A DNA stretch of 64,000 bases. Source: Pseudomonadota bacterium (lineage in GTDB: Bacteria; Myxococcota; JACRCW01; JAFGSX01). The stretch lies in assembly GCA_043821645.1 (NCBI GenBank), contig JBDRCO010000003.1:64001-128000 (forward strand), in the 5' to 3' direction. Each line of letters begins with the position of its first letter. The first letter of the stretch is position 1. The notes beneath the pieces were generated by a model. The model was not told where the DNA came from and did no database searches. It was given only the letters and a program-made list of their open reading frames with translations. Positions 1 to 9,080 of the stretch are shown here, piece after piece. A program made the translations under genes and the position numbers.

Positions 1-1804
1 GTTCCTCGTCAATCTGCTCCCCCGCATATCGATATAGGTTTTCGCTCGTCCCCGAACTACTCAGCTTCGATCCAAACGCCTCATAGGTGTAAGTGTCAGT
101 GACCGCCCCCACGTCGTCGGAGAGTGCCCTAGTCGAGAGTTGTCCGTCGACGAGATAGAAAGAGCCCGCACCAGACCGCTCAATACTCACCAAGTCATTC
201 GCATGCACATAGCTGGCGAGAGTCGAGCCAAGCCAATCACTCTCGACGAGCACCTGGCCATACTGCCTGTTCTTGTCGACGAGAAAACCCGTCACGTCGG
301 AGGCATTGACGACCTTCTTGGTCCTCAACCCACCATCATCGTACTCGAACAAAACTGCATTGCTTCCGTCGTCAAACGAGACGAGTCTGTTCTCCGCCGT
401 CCACCCATACACCTTCGAAACAACCGGCCCCACCTCCCCAGTCGTGTTGCCGTTGTCGTCGTAAGAGTAAGTGTAAACCCCATCCGGCCGCGTCTCAGTA
501 ATCAACCTGTCATTGGCATCGTAGGTGTACGAAGTGACACCTTCGACTGTGTCACTCTTGAGCAGCCTGTTGCCAAAGGCGTCATAAGTGCAAGCAATAT
601 TGCGGTCGCCGTTGACGGGAACGACGATGGCTTCCTCGGTGAGTCGGTACAAGTCGTCGTATGCGTAGTGAACGCTTCGCCCGTTGTGAACCTCAAAAAC
701 ATCCGTCCTGTTACCCGTCAGCCCGAGCAAATACTGGTAACTCGCAACCAGACTCCCGTCGCCACGCCGGTGCTCGATGAGCGTCAACCTGCCGAGCTGG
801 TCATAGCTGTTCGTCGTCACGATGCCGTTGGGCAAGGCCGCCGTGCGCTGCTGCCCCGTCGCCAGATAGGTGTAACTCGTCACCTGCCCGTCAGGGTCCG
901 TGACCGTGGCGATGCGGTTCAAAGCATCAAAGCTGTAGGCGGTAGTTCCACCAGCGTGAGCCACAGAGGCTCGGTTGCCTCTGCTGTCATATGAGTAACT
1001 CAGCCAAGACCCGTCAGGATTCGTCACCCGCGTCAGCCTGTCGCGATTATCGTAATCGTGATCAGTCGCTCCGCGGTGGTCCGTGACGACGTCCATTTGC
1101 CCCGTCGCCGTGTACGAAAAACTGACCTGCTGCCCGTTACCTATATCCTTGGCCGCGCGCCTGTTGTTGATATCGTAGCTTTTTACAATCATCTCTCCGT
1201 TGAATGTGGTCTGCTGGGTGACGTTGCCGCTGGGGTCGTAGGCAAACGACTCGTACTGACCGAGCGGCAGGCAGTGCTCGACCACACGACCGAGGTCGTC
1301 GTGCTTCCAGGTCGTGACGTGACCGTTGGGGTCCGTCTGTGAGATCTTGTTCCCCACCTTGTCATAACCATAGCGCGTCTGCCCGCCCAGCGCATCATCC
1401 ACGCCGGTCAGACGACCCAGGGCGTCATACAGGTAACCTGTCACGACCCCGGCCTGGTCCGTCTTCGCGACCAGGCGGCCGAGGGCGTCGTAGCCGTTCA
1501 GCATCACCGTGCCGTCGGCGAACAGGGTGCGGGTGTTGCGGCCCAGCTCAACGTAGTCGAGCTGCGTGGCGACACCCAGAGCGTCCGTCACGCTGGTGCG
1601 GTGGCCCCTGGCATCGAAGCCGAACTGGGTCAGGTTGCCCAGGGCATCGACCACGGCCACGCGCCGGCCCAGCTCGTCGTACTCGTATGCGGTGCGGTGG
1701 CCATTCTCGTCGACGCTGGCCACGGTGCGGCCGGCCGGGTCATACTCGGTGGAGGTGCTGCTGCCGTCGGCGTAGGTGGTCCGGACCAGGCGGTTCAAGG
1801 CGTA
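1..1804 (-). CDS. RHS/YD-repeat polymorphic toxin, 5'-truncated (orphan-type) fragment; 3' end (toxin tip) lies beyond the left window edge
   Basis: Manual minus-strand translation gives YD repeats (YDELGRRVAVVDALGN, YDALGRLVAKTDQAG, YDKVGNKISQTDPNG) and the RHS core (YLVDGQLSTRAL...VTDTYTYEAFG...NLYRYAGEQIDEE at the edge). It is absent from the ORF track because no stop lies inside the window. RHS-like sequence ends abruptly at 1804; an in-frame GTG at 1837 is a possible restart. Confidence 0.93.
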
Positions 1805-1823
1805 GGGGGTAGGTGGTTGGCAC
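1805..1823 (-). repeat. Inverted copy of the 19-bp repeat (minus strand GTGCCAACCACCTACCCCC)
   Basis: Plus strand gggggtaggtggttggcac; 17/19 identical to the reverse complement of the copies at 2490, 2540 and 2612. Confidence 0.85.
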
Positions 1824-1846
1824 CTGACAAGGGGCACCTGACAAGG
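1819..1846. repeat. Perfect 14-bp tandem duplication GGCACCTGACAAGG x2
   Basis: 1819-1832 and 1833-1846 are identical and overlap the inner end of the inverted 19-bp repeat. Confidence 0.9.
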
Positions 1847-1873
1847 GGAATTCGAGGAAAACGCGAGAGTAGT

Positions 1874-2311
1874 TCAACCTAGGACCATACTCTTCCAAGT
1901 ATCATCCATATTCTTCACACCGAGTTTCACAGTTTGTAGCCACTCCCTTGAACCAATGGGAATGACCATATCTCTAACATAAGCTCCGGTGATGCTTCTG
2001 CTATTTTTGCCGATAGATTTCATCTTCTCAACGTGCTTCAAATTGATTTGAAGCTCCGTCACCATTGCAGGCAATGCCCCTTTCTCGACACCCCATAGCG
2101 CAAGATTCTCGTGGCCATGCTCAGCAACATCAGAAAGAAATACATCTAGAAAATGTACATTGGCTTCCAACAAGGCCAGGCGCTGTATGTCGTCTTCTGC
2201 ATTTTCTAAGACAGCTTTGCCGAGTTGATAAGAGGCGACTTTCTTCGGGAGGTGATCGCCAAGAAGCATCGTGTAGACTTCGCCAATTGCTTGGGTTGTA
2301 TCGTCACGCAT
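1874..2311 (-). CDS. Low-GC hypothetical protein (145 aa), possible cassette or immunity-type gene
   Basis: ATG preceded by GAAGGA RBS; markedly AT-richer than the host; lies between the inverted 19-bp repeats; no family recognised. Confidence 0.7.
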   Translation of the reverse strand: MRDDTTQAIGEVYTMLLGDHLPKKVASYQLGKAVLENAEDDIQRLALLEANVHFLDVFLSDVAEHGHENLALWGVEKGALPAMVTELQINLKHVEKMKSIGKNSRSITGAYVRDMVIPIGSREWLQTVKLGVKNMDDTWKSMVLG

Positions 2312-2489
2312 AGATAATTTCCTTCAATGGCTTCCTTGGGTTATGTAGAGACAAGCCGAGCAGAATCAAAGAACAGGCTAAACCAGAACCTGTTCGTGAA
2401 CCTCTGCCTTCTTTGACATCTCCCATGTTCTTTCGCTCTCTGACCTGGTTTCGTGTGTCAGCTCTGATTGTCAGCCGCCCACTAAAAAA

Positions 2490-2630
2490 GTGCCAGCAAC
2501 CTACCCCCAGGCACCCGGCACTAGCAGCACTAGCACTAGGTGCCAGCAACCTACCCCCAGCGCACCTGGCACTAGCAGCACTAGCACTGCACTAGCAGTG
2601 CTGCACTAGAAGTGCCAGCAACCTACCCCC
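2490..2630 (+). repeat. Array of three GTGCCAGCAACCTACCCCC copies separated by GCACTAG(CA) micro-repeats
   Basis: Exact copies at 2490-2508, 2540-2558 and 2612-2630. The first two can fold with downstream (C/T)GGCAC into stem-loops. The linkers are rich in CTAG. Confidence 0.92.
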
Positions 2631-3083
2631 GGCGGTATCCCCCTGCGCCTGTTCAAGCTGGATCGCGCCTACGGCGAGCCGGCCCCGCTGTGCGCCGCCT
2701 GCCAGCGCATCGCGCGGGTGGCGCGCGAGCAGCTGCCGCTGTTCTACGACCGCGGCCACGCGCAGGGCCTGATCGCGATGCTCGAGCAGCGCACCGAGCA
2801 GCTGGCCGGCCTGATCGCCAGCCGCGACCGGGTGTCCGTGCGTTCGGCCAGTGGCCAGGCCCGGCGCGCCGCGCTCAAGCGCCTGCTGCTGGACGCGCTG
2901 ATGTACCTGGGGCCCTGGGGCCGCGACGTCACCGCCGGCGATGCCATGCGCCGCGAGCGCTACGCCCTGGACAAGCTGTTCCCCGCCGGCAGAGCGCGCA
3001 AGGGCAATGGATCCAGCGCTGCCGTCGACGACGAGGCGCTGGACGCCGCGGCCGCCGACCGCGCCCTGGGCCTGCCGGGCTGA
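2631..3083 (+). pseudogene. 5'-truncated host-like gene fragment (hypothetical protein C-terminus)
   Basis: GC3-rich reading frame (GGIPLRLFKLDRAYGEPAPLCAACQRIARVAREQLPLFYD...) begins immediately after the repeat; in-frame TAG at 2607-2609 and no ATG/RBS upstream; the ORF track starts it at GTG 2718. Confidence 0.6.
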
Positions 3084-3189
3084 GCGCGCGCCGTCGCTGG
3101 CGCCGCCGCAGCACCGATCACCACGGTCCCCGGGACGCTCTGGGCCACACCCTGGGGTCGGGACCGAGCCACCCTGCTGCCGTCGACGG

Positions 3190-3256
3190 CGCGCCCCGGA
3201 ACGCCCCCCGACGCCCCCCGGATGCCACCCGACCTACCCCGGACGCCACCCGGCGC
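3190..3256. repeat. Degenerate C-rich 10/11-bp tandem repeats (CCCCGGAYGC / CACCCGAC)
   Basis: ccccggaacgc cccccgacgc cccccggatgc cacccgacct accccggacgc cacccggcgc. Confidence 0.5.
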
Positions 3257-3326
3257 GGCCAGGACCGCCCACGGCACGCGCTGCCGACGCCACCGCCACG
3301 CGATGGAACGATTTCGTCTGATCCGG

Positions 3327-3355
3327 TTGTCAACGCACTGCGTTATTGGCATCAT
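3327..3355 (+). promoter_or_regulatory. Candidate sigma70 promoter of fadN with palindromic operator AACGCAcTGCGTT in the spacer
   Basis: TTGTCA (3327-3332), N17, CATCAT (3350-3355) with TG extension; palindrome at 3332-3344. Confidence 0.55.
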
Positions 3356-3444
3356 GTCGCCGCGAAACGGGCAGGCGAGGCCACCGGGCCCACCGGCCAG
3401 CCAAAACAACACCGCTCCCGCGGGCGGACAGCGAGGAGGACCGA

Positions 3445-5841
3445 ATGGCTGACAGAATCGACAAGGTCGCGATCCTGGGCGCGGGGGTCATGGGGCAGGG
3501 CATCGCCGCACACCTGGCCAACGCCGGTGTGCGCAGCATCCTGCTCGACATCGTGCCCCCCAAGTTCGGTGACGACGACAAGGCCGCAGGCCTGAACGAG
3601 AAGGACCGCGCCTTCCGCAACAAGTTCGCCATCAAGGGCAAGGAGGCCGCGCTCAAGGCCAAGCCGGCGCTGTTCTACACCAACGTCGACGCGGACCTGG
3701 TCGAGGTCGGCAACCTCGAGGACGACCTCGGGGTCATCGGCGAGTGCCAGTGGGTGGTCGAGGCCGTCATCGAGCGGCTGGACATCAAGCAGCAGCTGTT
3801 CGAGAAGGTCGAGAAGCACTGGAAGCCCGGCTGCATCATCACCAGCAACACCTCGGGCCTGAAGATCAAGGACATGCTCAAGGGCCGCGGCGAGGGCTTC
3901 TGCTCACACTTCCTGGTGACGCACTTCTTCAACCCCGTGCGCTACATGCCCCTGCTCGAGATCGTCGTCGGCGACAAGACCGACAAGGCCGTGCTCGAGC
4001 GCATGGTCGAGTTCGGCCGCAACGCCCTGGGCAAGGGCATCGTGTTCGGCAAGGACACCCCCAACTTCGTCGGCAACCGCATCGGCGTGTACGCCATGTT
4101 CGAGACCGTCAAGCAGGTGCTCGAGGGCGGCTACACCGTCGAGGAGGTCGACGCCATCTTCGGGCCCGCCACGCTCAAGCCCAAGAGCGGCATCTTCCGC
4201 CTGGCCGACATGGTGGGCATCGACACCCTGGTGCACGTCGCCAACAACAGCTACGACAACCTGCCCGAGGACGAGAAGCGCGACACCTTCAAGGTCCCCG
4301 ACTTCATCAAGACCATGGTCGAGCGGGGCATGATTGGCCAGAAGGCCAAGCAGGGCTTTTTTAAGAAGGTGGGCAAGGACATCCAGACCCTGGATCTGAA
4401 GACCCTGGAGTACCGCGACAAGCAAAAGGCCAAGTTCGACTGCATCGGTGCCAGCAAGAGCATCGAGGACCCGGCGAAGAAGCTGCGCACCGTGATGTTC
4501 GGCGAGGACCGCGGCGCCAAGCTGGCCTGGAACGTGACCAAGGAAGTGCTGATCTACTCGGCCAACCGCGTGGGCGAGATCGCCGACGACGTGGTCAACA
4601 TCGACGCGGCCATGCGCTGGGGCTTCAACTGGGAGGCCGGTCCCTTCGAGATGTGGGACATGCTCGGCGTCGAGGAGACCGTGGCCCGCATGAAGAAGGA
4701 AGGGCTCAAGGTCCCGGCCTGGGTCGAGGACATGCTCAAGGCCGGCCACCCGAGCTTCTACAAGCACGACAAGGGCGACGTCTTTTACTACGACGTCAAG
4801 ACCAAGAAGACCGTGCCCCTGGACGAGGGCGAGAAGGTCATGCGGCTGCAGAACCTCAAGGAGGGCGGGCGCGTCCTGGACAAGAACGGCAGCGCCAACC
4901 TGGTCGACCTGGGCGACGGCGTGTACTGCGTCGAGTTCGACTGCAAGATGAACGCGGTCGACGCCGACCTGGTGGCCATGATCCACAAGGGCCTGGACCG
5001 CGCCGAGGCCGAGGGCTGCGCCCTGGTGCTGGCCAACGACGACAAGCAGGCCTTCTCGGCCGGCGCCAACCTGATGCTGGTGTTCATGGCCGCCCAGAAC
5101 AAGCAGTGGGACGAGCTGCGCAAGGTGATCGTCGACTTCCAGGCGGTCAACAAGCGCATGCGCTACAGCCCGGTGCCCGTGGTGGCGGCGCCGCACCAGC
5201 TGGCCCTGGGCGGCGGCTGCGAGATGACCATGTGGACGGATCACGTGCGCGCGCACGCCGAGCTTTACATGGGCCTGGTCGAGGTGGGCGTGGGCCTGCT
5301 GCCGGCCGGCGGCGGTACCACCGAGATGGTGGCGCGCTCGCTCATGGGCATCCCCGACGACCCGGGCTTTGCCCCCGAGATGGCGCTCAAGCGCGGCCTC
5401 GAGGCGGTGGCCATGGCCAAGGTGTCGATGAGCGCCGAGATGGCCAAGGAGCTGATGCTGCTCAGGCCCGGCGACGGCTACACGGTCAACCGCGACCACG
5501 TGCTGTACTCGGCCAAGCAGGCGGCCCTGGGTCTGGCCCGTGCCGGCTACCGTCCGCCCCGTCCGCGCTCGTTCCGGCTGCCGGGCCCGAGCGGCTATGC
5601 CACCTTCAAAGCCGTGCTCAGCGCCATGCGCGATGGCCACTTCATGAGCGATCACGACCTGAAGGTCGGACTCAAGATCGCCGAGATCTTCACCGGCGGT
5701 GATACCAGCATGCGCGTCAAGGTCACCGAGGATAGATTGCTGGAGATGGAGCAGGAGGCCTTCTTGAGCCTGTGCGGCGAGCAGCTCACGCTGGATCGGA
5801 TCCAGTACATGCTCATGAACAACAAGCCCTTGCGAAATTGA
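3445..5841 (+). CDS. fadN: 3-hydroxyacyl-CoA dehydrogenase / enoyl-CoA hydratase (FadN type)
   Basis: GAGVMG Rossmann motif, SNTSG, HFFNPV, C-terminal crotonase ALGGGCE; AGGAGGA RBS before ATG 3445. Confidence 0.93.
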   Translation: MADRIDKVAILGAGVMGQGIAAHLANAGVRSILLDIVPPKFGDDDKAAGLNEKDRAFRNKFAIKGKEAALKAKPALFYTNVDADLVEVGNLEDDLGVIGECQWVVEAVIERLDIKQQLFEKVEKHWKPGCIITSNTSGLKIKDMLKGRGEGFCSHFLVTHFFNPVRYMPLLEIVVGDKTDKAVLERMVEFGRNALGKGIVFGKDTPNFVGNRIGVYAMFETVKQVLEGGYTVEEVDAIFGPATLKPKSGIFRLADMVGIDTLVHVANNSYDNLPEDEKRDTFKVPDFIKTMVERGMIGQKAKQGFFKKVGKDIQTLDLKTLEYRDKQKAKFDCIGASKSIEDPAKKLRTVMFGEDRGAKLAWNVTKEVLIYSANRVGEIADDVVNIDAAMRWGFNWEAGPFEMWDMLGVEETVARMKKEGLKVPAWVEDMLKAGHPSFYKHDKGDVFYYDVKTKKTVPLDEGEKVMRLQNLKEGGRVLDKNGSANLVDLGDGVYCVEFDCKMNAVDADLVAMIHKGLDRAEAEGCALVLANDDKQAFSAGANLMLVFMAAQNKQWDELRKVIVDFQAVNKRMRYSPVPVVAAPHQLALGGGCEMTMWTDHVRAHAELYMGLVEVGVGLLPAGGGTTEMVARSLMGIPDDPGFAPEMALKRGLEAVAMAKVSMSAEMAKELMLLRPGDGYTVNRDHVLYSAKQAALGLARAGYRPPRPRSFRLPGPSGYATFKAVLSAMRDGHFMSDHDLKVGLKIAEIFTGGDTSMRVKVTEDRLLEMEQEAFLSLCGEQLTLDRIQYMLMNNKPLRN

Positions 5842-5856
5842 GCAGGGCTCGAAGGC

Positions 5857-5972
5857 GTTCCCGGTTCCTGGTTCCCGGTTCCCGGTTGTCGACGGGGGAC
5901 GTGGCGATTCGCCGAGCGGGCGCTTTGAACTGGGAACGTGGAACTGGGAACTGGGAACTGTGAACGTAGAAC
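5857..5972. repeat. Inverted arrays of heptamer repeats (GTTCCCG x4 / TGGGAAC-like x7) forming a long hairpin between fadN and fadA
   Basis: 5857-5884 GTTCC(C/T)G x4; 5924-5972 NNNGAAC x7; complementary with G-U pairs. Confidence 0.75.
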
Positions 5973-5996
5973 CGATGAAGACAACGGAGTGATCAC

Positions 5997-7157
5997 ATGC
6001 GCGAAGTCGCCATTCTCTCTTCAGTTCGCACCGCCGGGGCCAAGGCCAACAAGGGCGGTTTTCGTGATACCCGGCCCGACACCCTGGCCGCCGCGGTGAT
6101 CAAGGGCGCCCTGGACAAGGCCAAGGTCGAGGCCAAGGACCTGGACGACGTGATCCTGGGCTGCGCCTTCCCCGAGGCCGAGCAGGGCATGAACGTGGCG
6201 CGCGTCGCCGCCGGGATGGCCGGCGTGCCCTGGGAAGTGCCCGCCATGACCATCAACCGCTTCTGCTCGTCGGGGCTGCAGGCCATCGCCATAGGCGCGG
6301 ACCGCATCCGCGTCGGCGACTGCGAGGTGGTGGTGGCCGGTGGCGTCGAGAGCATGTCCATGGTGCCCATGGGTGGCAACAAGTACAGCCTCAACGCCGA
6401 TGCGCTGGAGAAGATGCCCAACATGTACACGCCCATGGGCATCACCTCGGAGCTGGTGGCCACGCGCTTCGAGATCACCCGCGAGCAGCAGGACGAGCTG
6501 GCCCTGCGCAGCAACCTGCGCGCGGCCGCGGCGGTCAAGGATGGCAAGTTCAAGGACGAGATCATCCCCGTGACCACCAAGGTGTACGAGGCTGGTGGCG
6601 TCAAGAGCATCACCGTCGACAACGACGAGGGCCCCCGCGGCGAGACCACCTTGGAGAGCCTGGCCAAGCTCAAGCCGGCCTTCGACAGCCAGGGGCGCTC
6701 CACCGCGGGCAACTCCTCGCAGGTCACCGACGGCGCTGCGGTCTCGGTGCTCATGGACGCCGAGCGCGCCAAGAAGGAAGGCCGCGACATCCTGGGCTAC
6801 TTCCGCGGCTTCGCGGTGGCGGGCGTGCCCCCCGAGATCATGGGCATCGGTCCGGTGCCGGCGATCCGCAAGCTGCTCAAGAAGATGAAGCTCGAGATCA
6901 AGGACATCGACCTGTTCGAGATCAACGAGGCCTTCGCCAGCCAGGCGACCTACTGCGCCCGCGAGCTCGGCATCGACAGCGAGAAGCTCAACGTCAACGG
7001 CGGCGCCATCGCGCTCGGACATCCCCTGGGTGCCACCGGAGCCAAGCTGACCGCGACCCTGCTGCACGAGATGAAGCGCCGCAAGGCGCGCTACGGCATC
7101 GTCAGCATGTGCATAGGCGGCGGCATGGGCGCGGCCGGGTTGTTCGAGCGGGCCTAG
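5997..7157 (+). CDS. fadA: Acetyl-CoA C-acyltransferase (3-ketoacyl-CoA thiolase)
   Basis: NRFCSSG catalytic Cys, NEAF, GHPLGATG and CIGGG motifs; follows fadN. Confidence 0.95.
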   Translation: MREVAILSSVRTAGAKANKGGFRDTRPDTLAAAVIKGALDKAKVEAKDLDDVILGCAFPEAEQGMNVARVAAGMAGVPWEVPAMTINRFCSSGLQAIAIGADRIRVGDCEVVVAGGVESMSMVPMGGNKYSLNADALEKMPNMYTPMGITSELVATRFEITREQQDELALRSNLRAAAAVKDGKFKDEIIPVTTKVYEAGGVKSITVDNDEGPRGETTLESLAKLKPAFDSQGRSTAGNSSQVTDGAAVSVLMDAERAKKEGRDILGYFRGFAVAGVPPEIMGIGPVPAIRKLLKKMKLEIKDIDLFEINEAFASQATYCARELGIDSEKLNVNGGAIALGHPLGATGAKLTATLLHEMKRRKARYGIVSMCIGGGMGAAGLFERA

Positions 7158-7460
7158 GCCCATTTCGCCACTCTTTGATTCGGTGGTGTGGGGCCCCCGC
7201 GACAGGGCAAGTCTTTTTGTTCTCGCAAGCTGCGAAAAAATCCCTGCCCCTGCGCCCCACACCATCCGATCTGTGCAGCGCGAAATCGGTCTGGCGGGCA
7301 TCGCGGCCATCGGTTCACCGCGCCTTGACCTGGCCACGGCTCGTCTGGTGACGCCGTGCGGGAAACCACCTCGCCCCCGCGAGCCGGATCTGTCCTCGAT
7401 GCGCCTGCTTGCCACATCTCGTATGCTCGCATCCTGACCACGCGCAGCGGGGCATGGGTG

Positions 7461-9062
7461 ATGGGCAGCGCGGACAACTTGCAGCACGCACCAGCTCGCC
7501 CCGGGGAAGCCGGATCCGCTGCGCGCGCCGTGGTGCGGGCGCCGCTTCTCGCCGCCTTCGCCACCCTGGCGTTTGCCCTCGTCGACCTGGGGAGCACTCC
7601 AGCGCTGCATGGGGACGAGGCGTGGGTGCTGCTGCGCATCCTCGGCTTCGAGTGGCCTCACCTACCCTTTGCCGGCATGAACGCCTACACGGGGCCCGCG
7701 TGGTTGCTCCTGCTGTGGCCCATCGTCGCGATCGCAGGCCCGAGCACCCTCGTGCTGCGCCTGACCGCGGCGCTCGTTCAGGCGTGCAGCAGCGCCCTGC
7801 TCGTCGACGTGGCGCGACGTGCCTTCGGCGTCCAGTGGACCTCCCCCTGGCGCGTGCTGCTGCTGTGCAGTGCCCCCTTTGCCGTCTGCTACGGCCGCTT
7901 TGGCGTGGAGCTCACCACCGTCGTTCCACTGCTGCTGCTCGGTGGCGTCCGTCTGCTTGTAGTCTCGCCGCGTTCTGGTCGCCGGGCGCGTTGGCTGTGG
8001 GCCCTCGGCGGGCTGCTGCTGGGGCTGGCCTGCTACACGCACATCCTCGCCGTGATGCTGGTGGGCGCCGGAGCTGCCTCCGCCGCGCTTCGTGGTGCCG
8101 GCCTCAGAGCGCTGGTCGAGCGATGGCGACTCGCGCTGCTCGGGGGCGTGATCGGCATCGCGCCGAGCTTGTGGATGCTGGGCTCTGGAGCGGGGGGAAG
8201 CGGCTTCGAGCTCGGTCTTGCAGCCATACAGCGGCGATCCTGGGTCGACGCGCTCCTGGGCGCGCCCGCCATGTTCGAGGGCGTGCTCGACGGATGGATC
8301 GTGTTCTTGCAGTTCTGTGGCGAGCTCCGCGTGCCGGTGTTGCCCTGGGTGTCCGTCGCCTTGCTCGCCCTGCTGGTCCTGTGCGCCCGCGACGGCGGCC
8401 TGCGTGTGCTGCGTGAAGACCTCGCGCTGGCGGCCTTTGCCCTGTTTGGAACGATAGGCATCGCGCTGGTCGCGCCCTCGCCGCATCCCCGTTACTTGCT
8501 GGTGCCGGCCACGGTGGCCCTGGTGCTGCTGGTCCGGCTGCAACAGCGTCTGGGCCAGTCCGGATCCGCTCGCATGCGTGGCTTCGCCCGGGCCGTGCTT
8601 CCACTCCTGGTGTGCCTGCAGGTCGCGCAGCTGGGCGTGAACTTCTTCTGGACCTACCGCGAGCACCAGGGGGTCCCTCTGGTCGTCGAGGCCAGGGGAA
8701 ATGTCCAGGTGAGCGCCAACGAGTTCATCGAGACTGCCGAGCTTCGCGCGCAGCTCGCGGACCAGGGCGTGGTCGCCGTGCTCGGGGCACCCTTGCTGGT
8801 GTGGACCCTCCTGCACGAGGATCTGGTGGCGCAACGCTTCGCCCTGGGTGAGCTGCCGCCCGGGCAGCTTCCGCCCACGGACCCTCGCCTGGCCTCGGTG
8901 AAGACGGCGATCGTGTACTACAACGGCGACAACCTGTGGGCCGGGCAGCTGTACGACTTCACGAACATCGAGCGCATCGCGGGGTCCCAGCGAAGCTTCG
9001 TCCGCGACCGCCGCTTCGACGCTCGCTTTGCGGTCTTTGTCGCCGCAGCCTCCGGTTGGTGA
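7461..9062 (+). CDS. Polytopic membrane protein, GT-C (ArnT/PMT-like) glycosyltransferase
   Basis: First loop 'PALHGDE', many TM segments, 'PRYL' motif; start uncertain (ORF open from 7356). Confidence 0.6.
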   Translation: MGSADNLQHAPARPGEAGSAARAVVRAPLLAAFATLAFALVDLGSTPALHGDEAWVLLRILGFEWPHLPFAGMNAYTGPAWLLLLWPIVAIAGPSTLVLRLTAALVQACSSALLVDVARRAFGVQWTSPWRVLLLCSAPFAVCYGRFGVELTTVVPLLLLGGVRLLVVSPRSGRRARWLWALGGLLLGLACYTHILAVMLVGAGAASAALRGAGLRALVERWRLALLGGVIGIAPSLWMLGSGAGGSGFELGLAAIQRRSWVDALLGAPAMFEGVLDGWIVFLQFCGELRVPVLPWVSVALLALLVLCARDGGLRVLREDLALAAFALFGTIGIALVAPSPHPRYLLVPATVALVLLVRLQQRLGQSGSARMRGFARAVLPLLVCLQVAQLGVNFFWTYREHQGVPLVVEARGNVQVSANEFIETAELRAQLADQGVVAVLGAPLLVWTLLHEDLVAQRFALGELPPGQLPPTDPRLASVKTAIVYYNGDNLWAGQLYDFTNIERIAGSQRSFVRDRRFDARFAVFVAAASGW

Positions 9063-9080
9063 GCCGGGCGCGGCCAGATT

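Noticed and set aside
140-994. 284-aa plus-strand ORF (also 1058-1342 and 1601-1882)
   Set aside because: Antisense shadows of the minus-strand RHS gene.
2490-2630. CRISPR array
   Set aside because: The repeat is only 19 bp, the two linkers resemble each other and are made of micro-repeats of unequal length, and no cas genes or leader are present.
1805-2630. Classical IS/MITE bounded by terminal inverted repeats
   Set aside because: No transposase motifs in the internal ORF, no target-site duplication (left flank aaggcgta, right flank ggcggtat), and the flanks belong to different genes.
2612-3595. 327-aa R/P/A-rich ORF starting in the repeat
   Set aside because: Off-frame GC-rich shadow overlapping the 2631 fragment and fadN.
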